In this document: in pieces, positions 42,673-50,806 of the stretch
Position numbering within the stretch: the first letter of the stretch is position 1
Layout of the letters: every line of letters starts with the position of its first letter
Origin: an uncultured Solirubrobacterales bacterium
Lineage (GTDB): Bacteria > Actinomycetota > Thermoleophilia > Solirubrobacterales > 70-9
Direction: 5' to 3'
DNA length: 64,000 nucleotides
NCBI GenBank assembly: GCA_963805075.1
Contig: CAWDSZ010000001.1
Coordinates: 72,862-136,861 of the forward strand
Made by a program: the position numbers and the translations under genes
Notes under the pieces: model-generated
What the model was told of the DNA's origin: nothing
Database searches by the model: none
The model's input: only the letters and a program-made list of their open reading frames with translations

Positions 42673-43422
42673 ATGACCAAGGCGATGAGACAGATAGTCG
42701 CGTTCGGCGGCGGCGGCTTCTCGATGGAATCGGGCAACCCGCTGCTGGACGACTACGTGCTGGGACTGACCGGCGCGGCCGAGCCGCGCGTCTGCTTCCT
42801 GCCCACGGCCAGCGGCGACGCTGACCACTACCTGGTGCGCTTCTACAACGCTTTCCGCGAGCGGGCGAGGCCCTCGCACATCTCGCTGTTCCGGCGCGAG
42901 CGCGGCGTCACCGACGTTCGTCGGCACCTGCTCTCCCAGGACCTGATCTACGTGGGCGGGGGCAGCCTGTTGAGCCTGCTCGGCGTCTGGCGCGCCCACG
43001 GCATCGACTCGATCCTGCGCGAGGCATGGGAGGCCGGCGTCGTGCTGTGCGGCCTCAGCGCCGGCTCGCTCTGCTGGTTCACCGAGGCGGTGAGCGGCTA
43101 CCACGACGAGGTCAACCGGGTCGAGGGACTCGGCTTCCTCAGCCACAGCAACGCCGTCCACTACGCCGACGGCGACCGGCGCGCGGCCTTCCACCGCCAC
43201 CTGCTCGACGGCATGCCGGCCGGATACGCAGCCGAGGACGGCGCCGCGCTGCGCTTCGTCGGCGACGAGCTGGCCGAGGTCGTCGCCTCGCGGCCCGAGG
43301 CGCGCGCCTACCGGCTGGAGCGTCGCGGCCCGCTGGTGGTCGAGACCCGCCTCGCCACCCGCTACCTCGACAGCACCGTGCCCTCGGCGGTGCCGCTGGA
43401 CTTCTCGACCGCGGCCGCGTAG
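42673..43422 (+). CDS. Peptidase S51 (dipeptidase E / cyanophycinase-like), paralog 1
   Basis: The ATG at 42673 follows GGAGAG. Motifs: ..VCFLPTASGD.., IYVGGGSLLSLL and CGLSAGSLCWF (nucleophile-Ser motif). Confidence 0.75.
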   Translation: MTKAMRQIVAFGGGGFSMESGNPLLDDYVLGLTGAAEPRVCFLPTASGDADHYLVRFYNAFRERARPSHISLFRRERGVTDVRRHLLSQDLIYVGGGSLLSLLGVWRAHGIDSILREAWEAGVVLCGLSAGSLCWFTEAVSGYHDEVNRVEGLGFLSHSNAVHYADGDRRAAFHRHLLDGMPAGYAAEDGAALRFVGDELAEVVASRPEARAYRLERRGPLVVETRLATRYLDSTVPSAVPLDFSTAAA

Positions 43423-43428
43423 GCGCAG

Positions 43429-44244
43429 GTGGGCGCGGCGGGCCGGATCCTCGCCTGCGGCGGGCACGACTTCGACCGCCGTAGCGGCAACGAGGCGATC
43501 ACCGACCTGCTGGTCGAGCTGGCCGGCGGCAGCGGCTCGCGCATCTGCCTGCTCCCCACCGCCAGCGGCGACGCCGAGGACCAGATCCTGCGCTTTCGCC
43601 GCGCCGTCGGCGAGCGAGGCGCCGAGCCCGAGGTGATCTCGCTGTTCCGTCTCGGCGAACGGCCGGTGGAGCTGGGGCGCGAGCTGCTGGGAATGGACGC
43701 GGTCTTCGTCGGCGGCGGCAGCATGGTCAACCTGCTCGCGATCTGGCGGGCGCACGGCCTCCACCTGCTCCTGCGCGAGTGCCTGGAGGCGGACGTGCTG
43801 CTGGCGGGACAGAGCGCGGGGGCGATGTGCTGGTTCGAGCAGGGGATCACCAGCTCCTCGGGGGCACCGACGGCCGCCGAGGGACTGGGCTTCCTGCGGG
43901 GAAGCGCATGCGTCCACTACCGGCTGCAACCTGCGCGGCGGCGGACCTACATGCGCGCTGTGGCCGAGGGGCTGGTCGAAGCCGGCCTCGGCTTCGAGGA
44001 CCAGACCGCGGCGCTGTTCGAGGGCGGTGAGTTGCGCGAGGCGATGAGCGCACGCGAGGGCGCTCGGGTGTGGCGCGTCGGCGCCGAGTCAGGGGTCGCC
44101 GAGGAGCAGGCGCTCGAGTGCAGGGCGCTGACCGCCTCGCGCCCCGCGATCGACGAGGCGCGCGCGGAGATCATCGAGCTGCGCCAGACCCTCGCCGCGC
44201 GGGCGGCGGCCAGGCGGGGTCGTCGCGGAGGCCCGAGGGGGTGA
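43429..44244 (+). CDS. Peptidase S51 family, paralog 2 (tandem duplicate)
   Basis: ..ICLLPTASGD.., VFVGGGSMVNLL and AGQSAGAMCWF appear in the same order as in paralog 1. It has an extra Arg-rich C-terminal tail. Confidence 0.75.
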   Translation: MGAAGRILACGGHDFDRRSGNEAITDLLVELAGGSGSRICLLPTASGDAEDQILRFRRAVGERGAEPEVISLFRLGERPVELGRELLGMDAVFVGGGSMVNLLAIWRAHGLHLLLRECLEADVLLAGQSAGAMCWFEQGITSSSGAPTAAEGLGFLRGSACVHYRLQPARRRTYMRAVAEGLVEAGLGFEDQTAALFEGGELREAMSAREGARVWRVGAESGVAEEQALECRALTASRPAIDEARAEIIELRQTLAARAAARRGRRGGPRG

Positions 44245-44249
44245 CAGGC

Positions 44250-44299
44250 GGGGCCCTACCTGCAGGGACCTCCGATCCGGTGGACGGAGGTCGGGCCCC
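44250..44299. terminator. Nested hairpin between convergent genes (bidirectional terminator candidate)
   Basis: The outer stem is GGGGCCC (44250-44256) with GGGCCCC (44293-44299). The inner stem is GACCTCCG (44267-44274) with CGGAGGTC (44285-44292). Confidence 0.5.
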
Positions 44300-44832
44300 T
44301 AGAGCGCCCCGCCGGCCGCATCGGGCGCCAGCGGGTCATCGCCTGCGTCGCCGATCTGCTCGCGCGCGAGGAAGTCCTCGATCAGCAGCGGTGTGTCCTT
44401 CGAGCTCTCGACGACGTTCAGGAGGTCGGTCATCGAGGACACCTCCTCGATCTGCTCCTTGATGAACCAGGTCAGGAACTGCTCGCCCTGGTAGTTGCCG
44501 GAGTCCCGCGCGAGCTTGAACAGCGCGTCGATCTCCTCGCTGACGCGCTTCTCCTGTTCCAGCGCCATCTTCACGGGCCCGACCACGTCGTCGTACTTGG
44601 TCTGCTGCGACTTGATGTCCGGGATCACGACGGGCTCGTCGATGTCGAGCAGGAACTGGACCATGATCATCGCGTGGTTTCGCTCTTCGACCGCCTGGCG
44701 GTAGAAGAAGGCGGCAAGGCGCGGCAGCGTCTCGGAGTCGTAGTAGACGGCCGCCCCGATGTACTGCTGGGAGGCGGCGAACTCGTTCGAGATCTGCTCG
44801 TTGATCGCGTCGGCGAAGCTCTTCTCGGCCAT
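44299..44832 (-). CDS. Ferritin (non-heme, ferritin-like diiron fold)
   Basis: The ATG at 44832 gives MAEKSFADAINEQISNEFAASQQY..AVEERNHAMIMVQFL..EQEKRVSEEI..FIKEQIEE. Confidence 0.85.
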   Translation of the reverse strand: MAEKSFADAINEQISNEFAASQQYIGAAVYYDSETLPRLAAFFYRQAVEERNHAMIMVQFLLDIDEPVVIPDIKSQQTKYDDVVGPVKMALEQEKRVSEEIDALFKLARDSGNYQGEQFLTWFIKEQIEEVSSMTDLLNVVESSKDTPLLIEDFLAREQIGDAGDDPLAPDAAGGAL

Positions 44833-44897
44833 GGACCGCACCCTACCCGCCTCGCCGCAAACGTGCGTTTTCGGCTCCCCTAAACGGTTTGGGGCCC

Positions 44898-45996
44898 CTA
44901 ACCCGTTATCCAGCGGAACCCGGTCTCGGTGGGCGCGGGGTCCAGGGGGCTCTCGGGCAGCCCCGGTTCGGTGCCGTGGGTGTTGTAGCCCGAGGGCGCA
45001 ACGTCGTTGGGGGTATCGGGGTGGAAGATCGAGGCGAGGTACTGAATGTGCCCGCGGCCGGGGCCCAGCTCCCACTGGCCGCCTCCATAGGCCCCGATGC
45101 CATTGGCGTCGCAGTGGTCGTAGGCCGCGAACAGCGCGCTCAGGGGCCCGAAGCGCGAGGGCTTGATGTTGACCATCTTCGGCGGCCAGGGCTGCGAGTT
45201 GATGTCGTCGACCGAGTGGATCGGGGCGTCCCAGGTGACGCGGTCGGCGACGGGATCGAGCAGCGGCTTGGTCTCGTCGTTCACGTCGGGATCCTCCAGC
45301 CAGGCCTCCGGGAAGGCATCGATCAGCTTTCCGTAGAGCACCGGATCGGTGTCGACGTCGACCGGGGTGCCCTTGTACTGGCCCTTCAGGTCCAGCGAGT
45401 CGACGGCGCCCGTCTCGACCAGCTCGCCGATCAGCTCGTCCGTCCAGTCGTTGGTGGGGTCGAGCTTGAAGCGCAGGGTGGGGTAGATCGCGAGCCGCTC
45501 CCGCACCGGCTCGATCGACGAGGCCGCCTTCGACTCCTTCTCCGGACCGGTGGCCCGGGGGTCGTCCAGAGGCGCCAGCCGCATCGAGACGACGAAGTCG
45601 ACCGGCTTCGGCTCGCGGCCCAGATGCTCGTGGAGCGACGTGCCGGCCTGGCGCAGCGCCAGGTCGAGCGCGGCGCTCTCGAAGGCCCAGCGGCGGTAGT
45701 TGCGTGAGACGTCGCGCTCCGGCGGCGACGGGAACAGGTCCAGGCCGTCGAGCAAGCTTCGAGAAGGAGTCGATCGTGTGATCGCCGGCAAGGTCGAGGA
45801 TCGGGCCGGCGTCCTGCTGGGCGATGTGATCGACGGCGTCGTAGACGACGTCCTCGCCGACACCCTCATCGCCACCCCCCCTCAGGTGGATCACGGTGGT
45901 CAGCCGCGTGAACCCGGGCGCCTCGAACTCGAGCCCCTCGAGCTCGTACGAGTCGATCCGGAGCGGCAGGTCGGAGATCTGCGTGTAGCTGCTCAT
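44898..45996 (-). CDS. Enolase-superfamily-like protein (frame change near 45750)
   Basis: The N-terminus is in ORF 44299..45996 (MSSYTQISDLPLRIDSYELE..). The rest is in ORF 44898..45875, with ..LRFKLDP.., ..DLKGQYKG.., ..WLEDP.. and ..VNIKPSRFG.. in the order expected for MR/MLE-type barrels. Confidence 0.5.
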
Positions 45997-46098
45997 CGAG
46001 CGAATGAATCTAGCGGGCGTCGGGCGCCCGCCCGTCTTTGCAGGTGCTTTATGGGCAGCGATAGGGTCCGGGCGTCGTCCACACGCGAGGGAGAAGAG

Positions 46099-46782
46099 AT
46101 GGCCGAGTCACTGAGCGCGGACGCCGGCGAGGGCCTGAAGGCGCTGGGAGTCAACTGCACCCTCAAGAAGACGCCCGAGACCTCGAATACTGAGGCGCTG
46201 ATGAACCGGGTGCTCGGCGTGCTGGCGGAGCACGGCGTCGAGACCGACATCCTGCGGCCGGTGGACTATGACGTCAGGTTCGGCGTCAGCTCCGACGAGG
46301 GCGACGGCGACGAGTGGCCCCAGATCCTCGAGAAGATCAAGGCAGCCGACATCCTGCTGATGGGGATGTCGATCTGGTTCGGGGTCCGCTCCTCGGTGAT
46401 GCAGATGGTGATCGAGCGCCTCGACGGGACCTACAACGAGCGCAACGAGTTCGGCCAGTACCCGCTCTACAACAAGGTCGCCGGCGTCGTCGTCACGGGC
46501 AACGAGGACGGGGCCCACGCCAGCGCCGAGACGACGCTGTTCAACCTGGGCCACCTCGGCTGCGTGGTCCCGCCGAACGCCGACACCTACTGGGTCGGGG
46601 ATGCGGGCCCGGGGCCGTCATACCTCGACGCGGGCGGCCCCGAGCACCCCTACACCCAGCGCACCAGCTCCTGGTGCGCCCACAACCTGCTGCACATGGC
46701 GCGGATCATTCGGGACAACCCGATCCCGCCGATCGGCAACACCCTGGAGGACTACGGCGGTGACGCCGTGCACGGCGGCTAG
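46099..46782 (+). CDS. Flavodoxin-like fold NAD(P)H-dependent FMN reductase family protein
   Basis: The ATG at 46099 lies within ORF 45700..46782. Supporting segments are ..LGVNCTLKKTPETSNT.., ..ADILLMGMSIWFG.. and ..VVVTGNEDGAH... Confidence 0.6.
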   Translation: MAESLSADAGEGLKALGVNCTLKKTPETSNTEALMNRVLGVLAEHGVETDILRPVDYDVRFGVSSDEGDGDEWPQILEKIKAADILLMGMSIWFGVRSSVMQMVIERLDGTYNERNEFGQYPLYNKVAGVVVTGNEDGAHASAETTLFNLGHLGCVVPPNADTYWVGDAGPGPSYLDAGGPEHPYTQRTSSWCAHNLLHMARIIRDNPIPPIGNTLEDYGGDAVHGG

Positions 46783-46849
46783 CCGGGCCCCCCTTCACCG
46801 CTTAGGCGTGTGATGTCAAAGCGCTGCTTCTCGTCTCTATGAAGAAGGG

Positions 46850-48167
46850 CTATCCGCGGGCTTTGCAGCCGCGCTTCTTGAGGCGCCCCTTGGTGTCGGC
46901 GATGTTCTCTTGGATCATTGAGCGCTTCGCCTTGGTGGTCGCATTGGCGAGCCCCTTTTTCTGGCGCTTCAGCTTCTTGCGGAGCTTCTTGCACTTCGGG
47001 TTCTCCGCGGCGTTCACCGCGGCGCTCGTCTGCGAGGTCGAGCCGGCTTGGTTTGAGGCCGTCACCCGGCAGGCGTAGGAGCCGGCGGTCGTCGGCGTGT
47101 AGGAGCTCGCCGTCGCGCCGGGGATGTCGGTGCCGTTCAGCTGCCACTGGTAGGCGAAGCCCTGCGGGGCCCGGTAGAGGAAGGCGCCGAGCAGGTCCGG
47201 CGCCCAGCCCCCCTGCGAGCAGGCGAGCTGCCTGACCTGCCCGCCGCCGGAGATCGCAGGCGCCGCGACTCCGAGCGGGGCGCGGAGGGCGGCGAGGAAC
47301 AGTGGGCTGCTCACCTCGTGCCGCCGGGCCGTAGAGGGTGTCGACGGTGCCGCCGCCGGCGAGCGGGGCGCCGCGGATCGTGCTGCCGCCGACGTTGGCC
47401 CAGTAGATCCGCCCGGCGGCGGGGTCGATCGCCACCCCGAGGGGGGCGAACACCCCCTGCGCCGGGCTGCCGTAGAGGGTGTCGACGGTGCCGCCGCCGG
47501 CGAGCGGGGCGCCGCGGATCGTGTTGTCGCTGGCGTTGGTCCAGTAGATCCGCCCGGCGGCGGAGTCGATCGCCACCCCGAAGGGGCCGCTCACCCCCTG
47601 CGCCGGGCCGTAGAGGGTGTCGACGGTGCCGCCGCCGGCGAGCGGGGCGCCGCGGATCGTGCTGCCGCCGAAGTTGGCCCAGTAGATCCGCCCGGCGGCG
47701 GGGTCGATCGCCACCCCTTGCGGGCCGTTCACCCCCTGCGCCGGGCCGTAGAGGGTGTCCACGGTGCCGCCGCCGGCGAGCGGGGCGCCGCGGATCGTGT
47801 TGTCGCCTTGGTTGGCCCAGTAGATCCGCCCGGCGGCGGGGTCGATCGCCACCCCTCGCTGGCCGTTCACCCCCTGCGCCGGGCCGTAGAGGGTGTCGAC
47901 GGTGCCGCCGCCGGCGAGCGGGGCGCCGCGGATCGTGCTGCCGCTGGCGTTGGCCCAGTAGATCCGCCCGGCGGCGGGGTCGATCGCCACCCCCAAGGGG
48001 TTGCTCACCCCCTGCGCCGGGCCGTAGAGGGTGTCGACGGTGCCGCCGCCGGCGAGCGGGGCGCCGCGGATCGTGTTGTCGCCGCTGTTGGTCCAGTAGA
48101 CGCTGTCGACTGCGTTCGCCGGGGGCGCCGCCCAGGCCGCGAGCGCCAATAGCGTCAGGCACGCCAA
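46850..48167 (-). CDS. Secreted six-blade YWTD-type beta-propeller protein with Ig-like domain and Lys/Arg-rich C-terminal tail (frame change near 47317)
   Basis: ORF 46779..48167 has six units of ..RIYW[AT]N..TIRGAPLAGGGTVDTLYGPAQGV..GVAIDPAAG... The C-terminus is in ORF 46850..47314 (..FAYQWQLNGTDIPGATASSYTPTTAGSYACRVTASN.., then PKCKKLRKKLKRQKK..). TTG 48167 is the only canonical start. Confidence 0.7.
47329..48101. repeat. Six tandem, near-identical ~138-bp coding repeats (propeller blades)
   Basis: The string CCGTAGAGGGTGTC.ACGGTGCCGCCGCCGGCGAGCGGGGCGCCGCGGATCGT recurs at 47329, 47470, 47608, 47746, 47884 and 48022. The spacings are 141, 138, 138, 138 and 138 bp. Confidence 0.9.
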
Positions 48168-48341
48168 TGCCGCGACACGAATGCGCTGCCCGTGCCCGCG
48201 GATTATTGGGGTGGACGCCAGGATGTGACTTTACTCGCTGCTGCTCTCACTTTGCAGGGGAATTTCGGCTGGTGACACCGCTGCTCTCCATGCGAAGCAG
48301 CTGTGTTTAATCACCCCTCTAAGCGGCGAAGGGGGCCGGGG

Positions 48342-48899
48342 CTAGATCCGCTCGTAGACCTGGAGTCCGACGCTGTCGCCGACGAGGCGGTGATCGGTCA
48401 CCTTGAACTTCCTGGAGTCGCTGGTGTCGCCGAAGAGCCTCTGGCCGGTGCCCAGCACGACCGGGAAGACCATCAGCCGCAGCTCGTCCACGAGGTCGGC
48501 CTCGATCAGCGCCGCCACCAGCTTCCCGCTGCCGTGGACGATCACATAGCCGTCGATCTCGTCCCTCAGCTTCGCCACCTCGTCGAGGTCGCTGAGCACG
48601 GTGGTGTCGCCCCAGTCGGGGTCCTTGAGCGTCGACGAGACGACGTACTTCGGCATGGTGTTGAACTTGTCGGCGAACTCGCCGTCGCGCCCCGGCCACG
48701 CGCTCGCGAAGCCCTCGTAGGTCTTGCGCCCGAGCAGCAGCGCCTCGGCGTCCATCGTCTCGGCCCCCTTGAACTCGTTGCCCTCGTCGCCGCGGTCGAA
48801 CTCGAAGCTCCACTGGCCCCGGACGAAGCCGTCGTCGCCGCCCGGCGCCTCGATCACTCCGTCAAGCGAGATGAATTCGGTCACAACTATCCGTCCCAT
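48342..48899 (-). CDS. Dihydrofolate reductase-like (RibD C-terminal domain) family protein
   Basis: MGRIVVTEFISLDGVIE.., ..LLLGRKTYEGFASAWP.., ..KYVVSSTL.. and ..DELRLMVFPVVLGTGQRLF. Confidence 0.8.
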   Translation of the reverse strand: MGRIVVTEFISLDGVIEAPGGDDGFVRGQWSFEFDRGDEGNEFKGAETMDAEALLLGRKTYEGFASAWPGRDGEFADKFNTMPKYVVSSTLKDPDWGDTTVLSDLDEVAKLRDEIDGYVIVHGSGKLVAALIEADLVDELRLMVFPVVLGTGQRLFGDTSDSRKFKVTDHRLVGDSVGLQVYERI

Positions 48900-48942
48900 C
48901 TGAGCTCCTCCGTTCTGTTCGTCTGATCCGGCTTTGCGATAT

Positions 48943-48958
48943 TCAACATATCAGTTGA
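48943..48958. promoter_or_regulatory. Inverted repeat in the divergent promoter region upstream of the ArsR-family gene (operator candidate)
   Basis: TCAAC-ATATCA-GTTGA lies within an AT-rich stretch, 16 nt before the GTG at 48974. Confidence 0.4.
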
Positions 48959-48973
48959 TAAACTCACCGCCGA

Positions 48974-49313
48974 GTGGCCGTCGACCATCAACTCGATAGC
49001 ACCTTCGCCGCGCTCGCCGACCCCACCCGGCGCGCGATCCTCGGGCGGCTCGCCGAGGGAGAGGCCACCGTGACCGAGCTCGCCGAGCCCTTCCCGATCA
49101 GCGTGCAGGCGGTCTCCAAGCACCTCAAGGTGCTGGAGGGGGCCGGCTTGATCTCGCGCGGCCGCACCGCGCAGCTCCGGCCCTCGCGGCTGCACGCCGA
49201 GCCGATGCGCGACGCGGCCGCCTGGCTCGACGGATACCGTGGCTTCTGGGAGGGTGGCTTCGACCGCCTCGAACGAGCGACTGCGGAACAGCGAGCGAAA
49301 GGCCGGCCAGTGA
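48974..49313 (+). CDS. ArsR/SmtB-family transcriptional regulator (C-terminal boundary uncertain)
   Basis: FAALADPTRRAILGRLAEGEATVTELAEPFPISVQAVSKHLKVLEGAGLI. As sequenced, the frame runs on into the next gene. A TGA at 49311-49313 in the +1 frame would give the usual GTGA overlap. Confidence 0.8.
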
Positions 49314-49769
49314 GTGAGCAGCAGGAGACTTCGTTCACCGTCACCCGCACCTTCGACGCCCCCCGAGAGCGCGTCTGGCGCGAGTGGGTCGAGCCCGAGG
49401 CCTTCGCCGACTGGTTCGGCGGCACCGCAGGCGGAGGTCGCCGATCGAGACCGTGGAGATGGACGTGCGCGAGGGCGGTAGCTGGAAGGCGACGATGTTC
49501 GGGGGCCCCGCAGCGCAAGGAGATCAACTGGGCGGGCGAGTACCTGGAGCTCGACGAGCCCGAGCGGCTCGTGGTCCTGACCATGACCGACCGCCCCGAC
49601 GACCCCGAGCGGGCGGCTGATCACCGTGGAGCTGGAGGACCTCGGCGACGGCCGCACCGAGATGCTGATGGAGCAGCGCGGGCCGCTGCCGCCGGAGCAG
49701 TTCGAGGCGCGCCGCGCAGCGGCTGGGGCGGCTTCTTCGACCGGATGGAGAGCGCTGGCTCGGGGCTAG
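49310..49769 (+). CDS. SRPBCC / Aha1-domain protein, heavily frame-disrupted as sequenced
   Basis: The segments FTVTRTFDAPRERVWREWVEPEAFADWFGG, IETVEMDVREGGSWKATMFGG, EINWAGEYLELDEPERLVVLTMTD, LITVELEDLGDGRTEMLMEQ and GWGGFFDRME lie in alternating frames. There are at least four frame changes in about 460 bp. Confidence 0.55.
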
Positions 49770-50236
49770 GCGGCTTGGACCGCGGACGCAAGGGCCAGAC
49801 CAGGCGCGACCTCCGCGTCGCGCGCGGAGATCTCCTCGCCGCAGCGATCGCAGCTCAGGTGCACGTGGGCCTCGCCGCCGCAGTCGCGGTGGCGGATGCT
49901 GAGAAGCGGGCCGTCGTCGGCCATGTACTTGTCGCCCCACTCGCGCAGGGCCATCAGCGCCGGGTAGAGGTCGAGGCCCTTCTGGGTCAGGCGGTACTCC
50001 TCGCGGGTGCGGATCCTGTCCTTGTAGGGACGCCGCTCGAGAATGCCGGCGTCGACCAGGGTCTGAAGCCGGTCGGCCAGCAGCGAGCGGGAGATGCCGA
50101 GCTGGCGCTGGAAGTCGTCGAAGCGACGGACGCGCGAGAACGCCTGGCGGAGGATCACCAGCGTCCACGGGTCGCCCAGCAGCGTCGCCGGGCGCGCGAC
50201 CGAGCAGTTCTGGTTGATCAGCTCAGCGGAGCGCAT
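49766..50236 (-). CDS. HxlR-family transcriptional regulator with C-terminal Cys-rich extension
   Basis: ORF 49766..50323 with ATG at 50236. It has ..CSVARPATLLGDPWTLVILRQ.., ..RRFDDFQRQLGISRSLLADRL.. and ..EYRLTQKG.., followed by ..CGGEAHVHLSCDRCG... Confidence 0.8.
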   Translation of the reverse strand: MRSAELINQNCSVARPATLLGDPWTLVILRQAFSRVRRFDDFQRQLGISRSLLADRLQTLVDAGILERRPYKDRIRTREEYRLTQKGLDLYPALMALREWGDKYMADDGPLLSIRHRDCGGEAHVHLSCDRCGEEISARDAEVAPGLALASAVQAA

Positions 50237-50261
50237 CGCTGTGTGAGCATACCCACTTGCG

Positions 50262-50274
50262 TTCGGAATCCGAA
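50262..50274. promoter_or_regulatory. Perfect palindrome in the HxlR/tautomerase divergent region (operator candidate)
   Basis: TTCGGA-A-TCCGAA lies at 50262-50274. It is nested inside the longer-range inverted repeat CCACTTGC (50253-50260) with GCAAGTGG (50320-50327). Confidence 0.35.
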
Positions 50275-50350
50275 TCCTATAGCTTTGCGCCCCGTTTTCG
50301 AACCCAGACGCCCGACATTGCAAGTGGCGTCAGCCGCCAAAGGAGCCCCG

Positions 50351-50797
50351 ATGCCGAAGCTCGACGTGACCCTTCCCGACGACGCCCTCTCCCCCGACGC
50401 CAGACGGGAGCTTCCCGAGAAGCTCGGCGCCACATTGCTGCGCTGGGAGGGCGCCCCAGACACCGAGTTCTTCCGGTCGATCACCTGGGCCCACCTGATC
50501 GAGCTCCCCGCAGCCGCGATCCGCACCCCCGACGGCGAGGCCGAGCCGCACGCCGTCGTCGAGGTCACCGTTCCCGATGGCGCCCTCAGCGACCGGCGAA
50601 AGGCCGGCTTGGTCGAGGAAGTCACCGGCGACGTCCTCGAGGCCACCGGATGGGGCGACGAGGCCGCGCTGCGGGTTTGGGTGCTGATCAGGGAAGTGCC
50701 CGACGGCAATTGGGGCGCCGGCAAGCAGATCATTCGCTTCGAGCAGCTCCGTGAGGCGGCGAAGGCCGAGCGCGAGAAGGCGGAAGCGCCGGCCTAG
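50351..50797 (+). CDS. Tautomerase-superfamily protein (tandem 4-OT-like units)
   Basis: The ATG at 50351 follows AAAGGAG. The N-terminus is MPKLDVTLP (Pro right after Met). A second unit, ..HAVVEVTVPDGAL.., resembles the first. Confidence 0.5.
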   Translation: MPKLDVTLPDDALSPDARRELPEKLGATLLRWEGAPDTEFFRSITWAHLIELPAAAIRTPDGEAEPHAVVEVTVPDGALSDRRKAGLVEEVTGDVLEATGWGDEAALRVWVLIREVPDGNWGAGKQIIRFEQLREAAKAEREKAEAPA

Positions 50798-50806
50798 CCC
50801 GCGGCG

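Noticed and set aside
47329-48101. Regularly spaced 138-bp repeats that could superficially suggest a CRISPR-like or satellite array.
   Set aside because: The units are contiguous with no unique spacers. They are in frame and encode complete YWTD-type blades. No cas genes are nearby.
47318-48310. A 330-aa plus-strand ORF of RRRAGRRGSCCR-type repeats.
   Set aside because: It is the antisense reading of the propeller tandem repeats, and its periodicity is inherited from the minus-strand gene.
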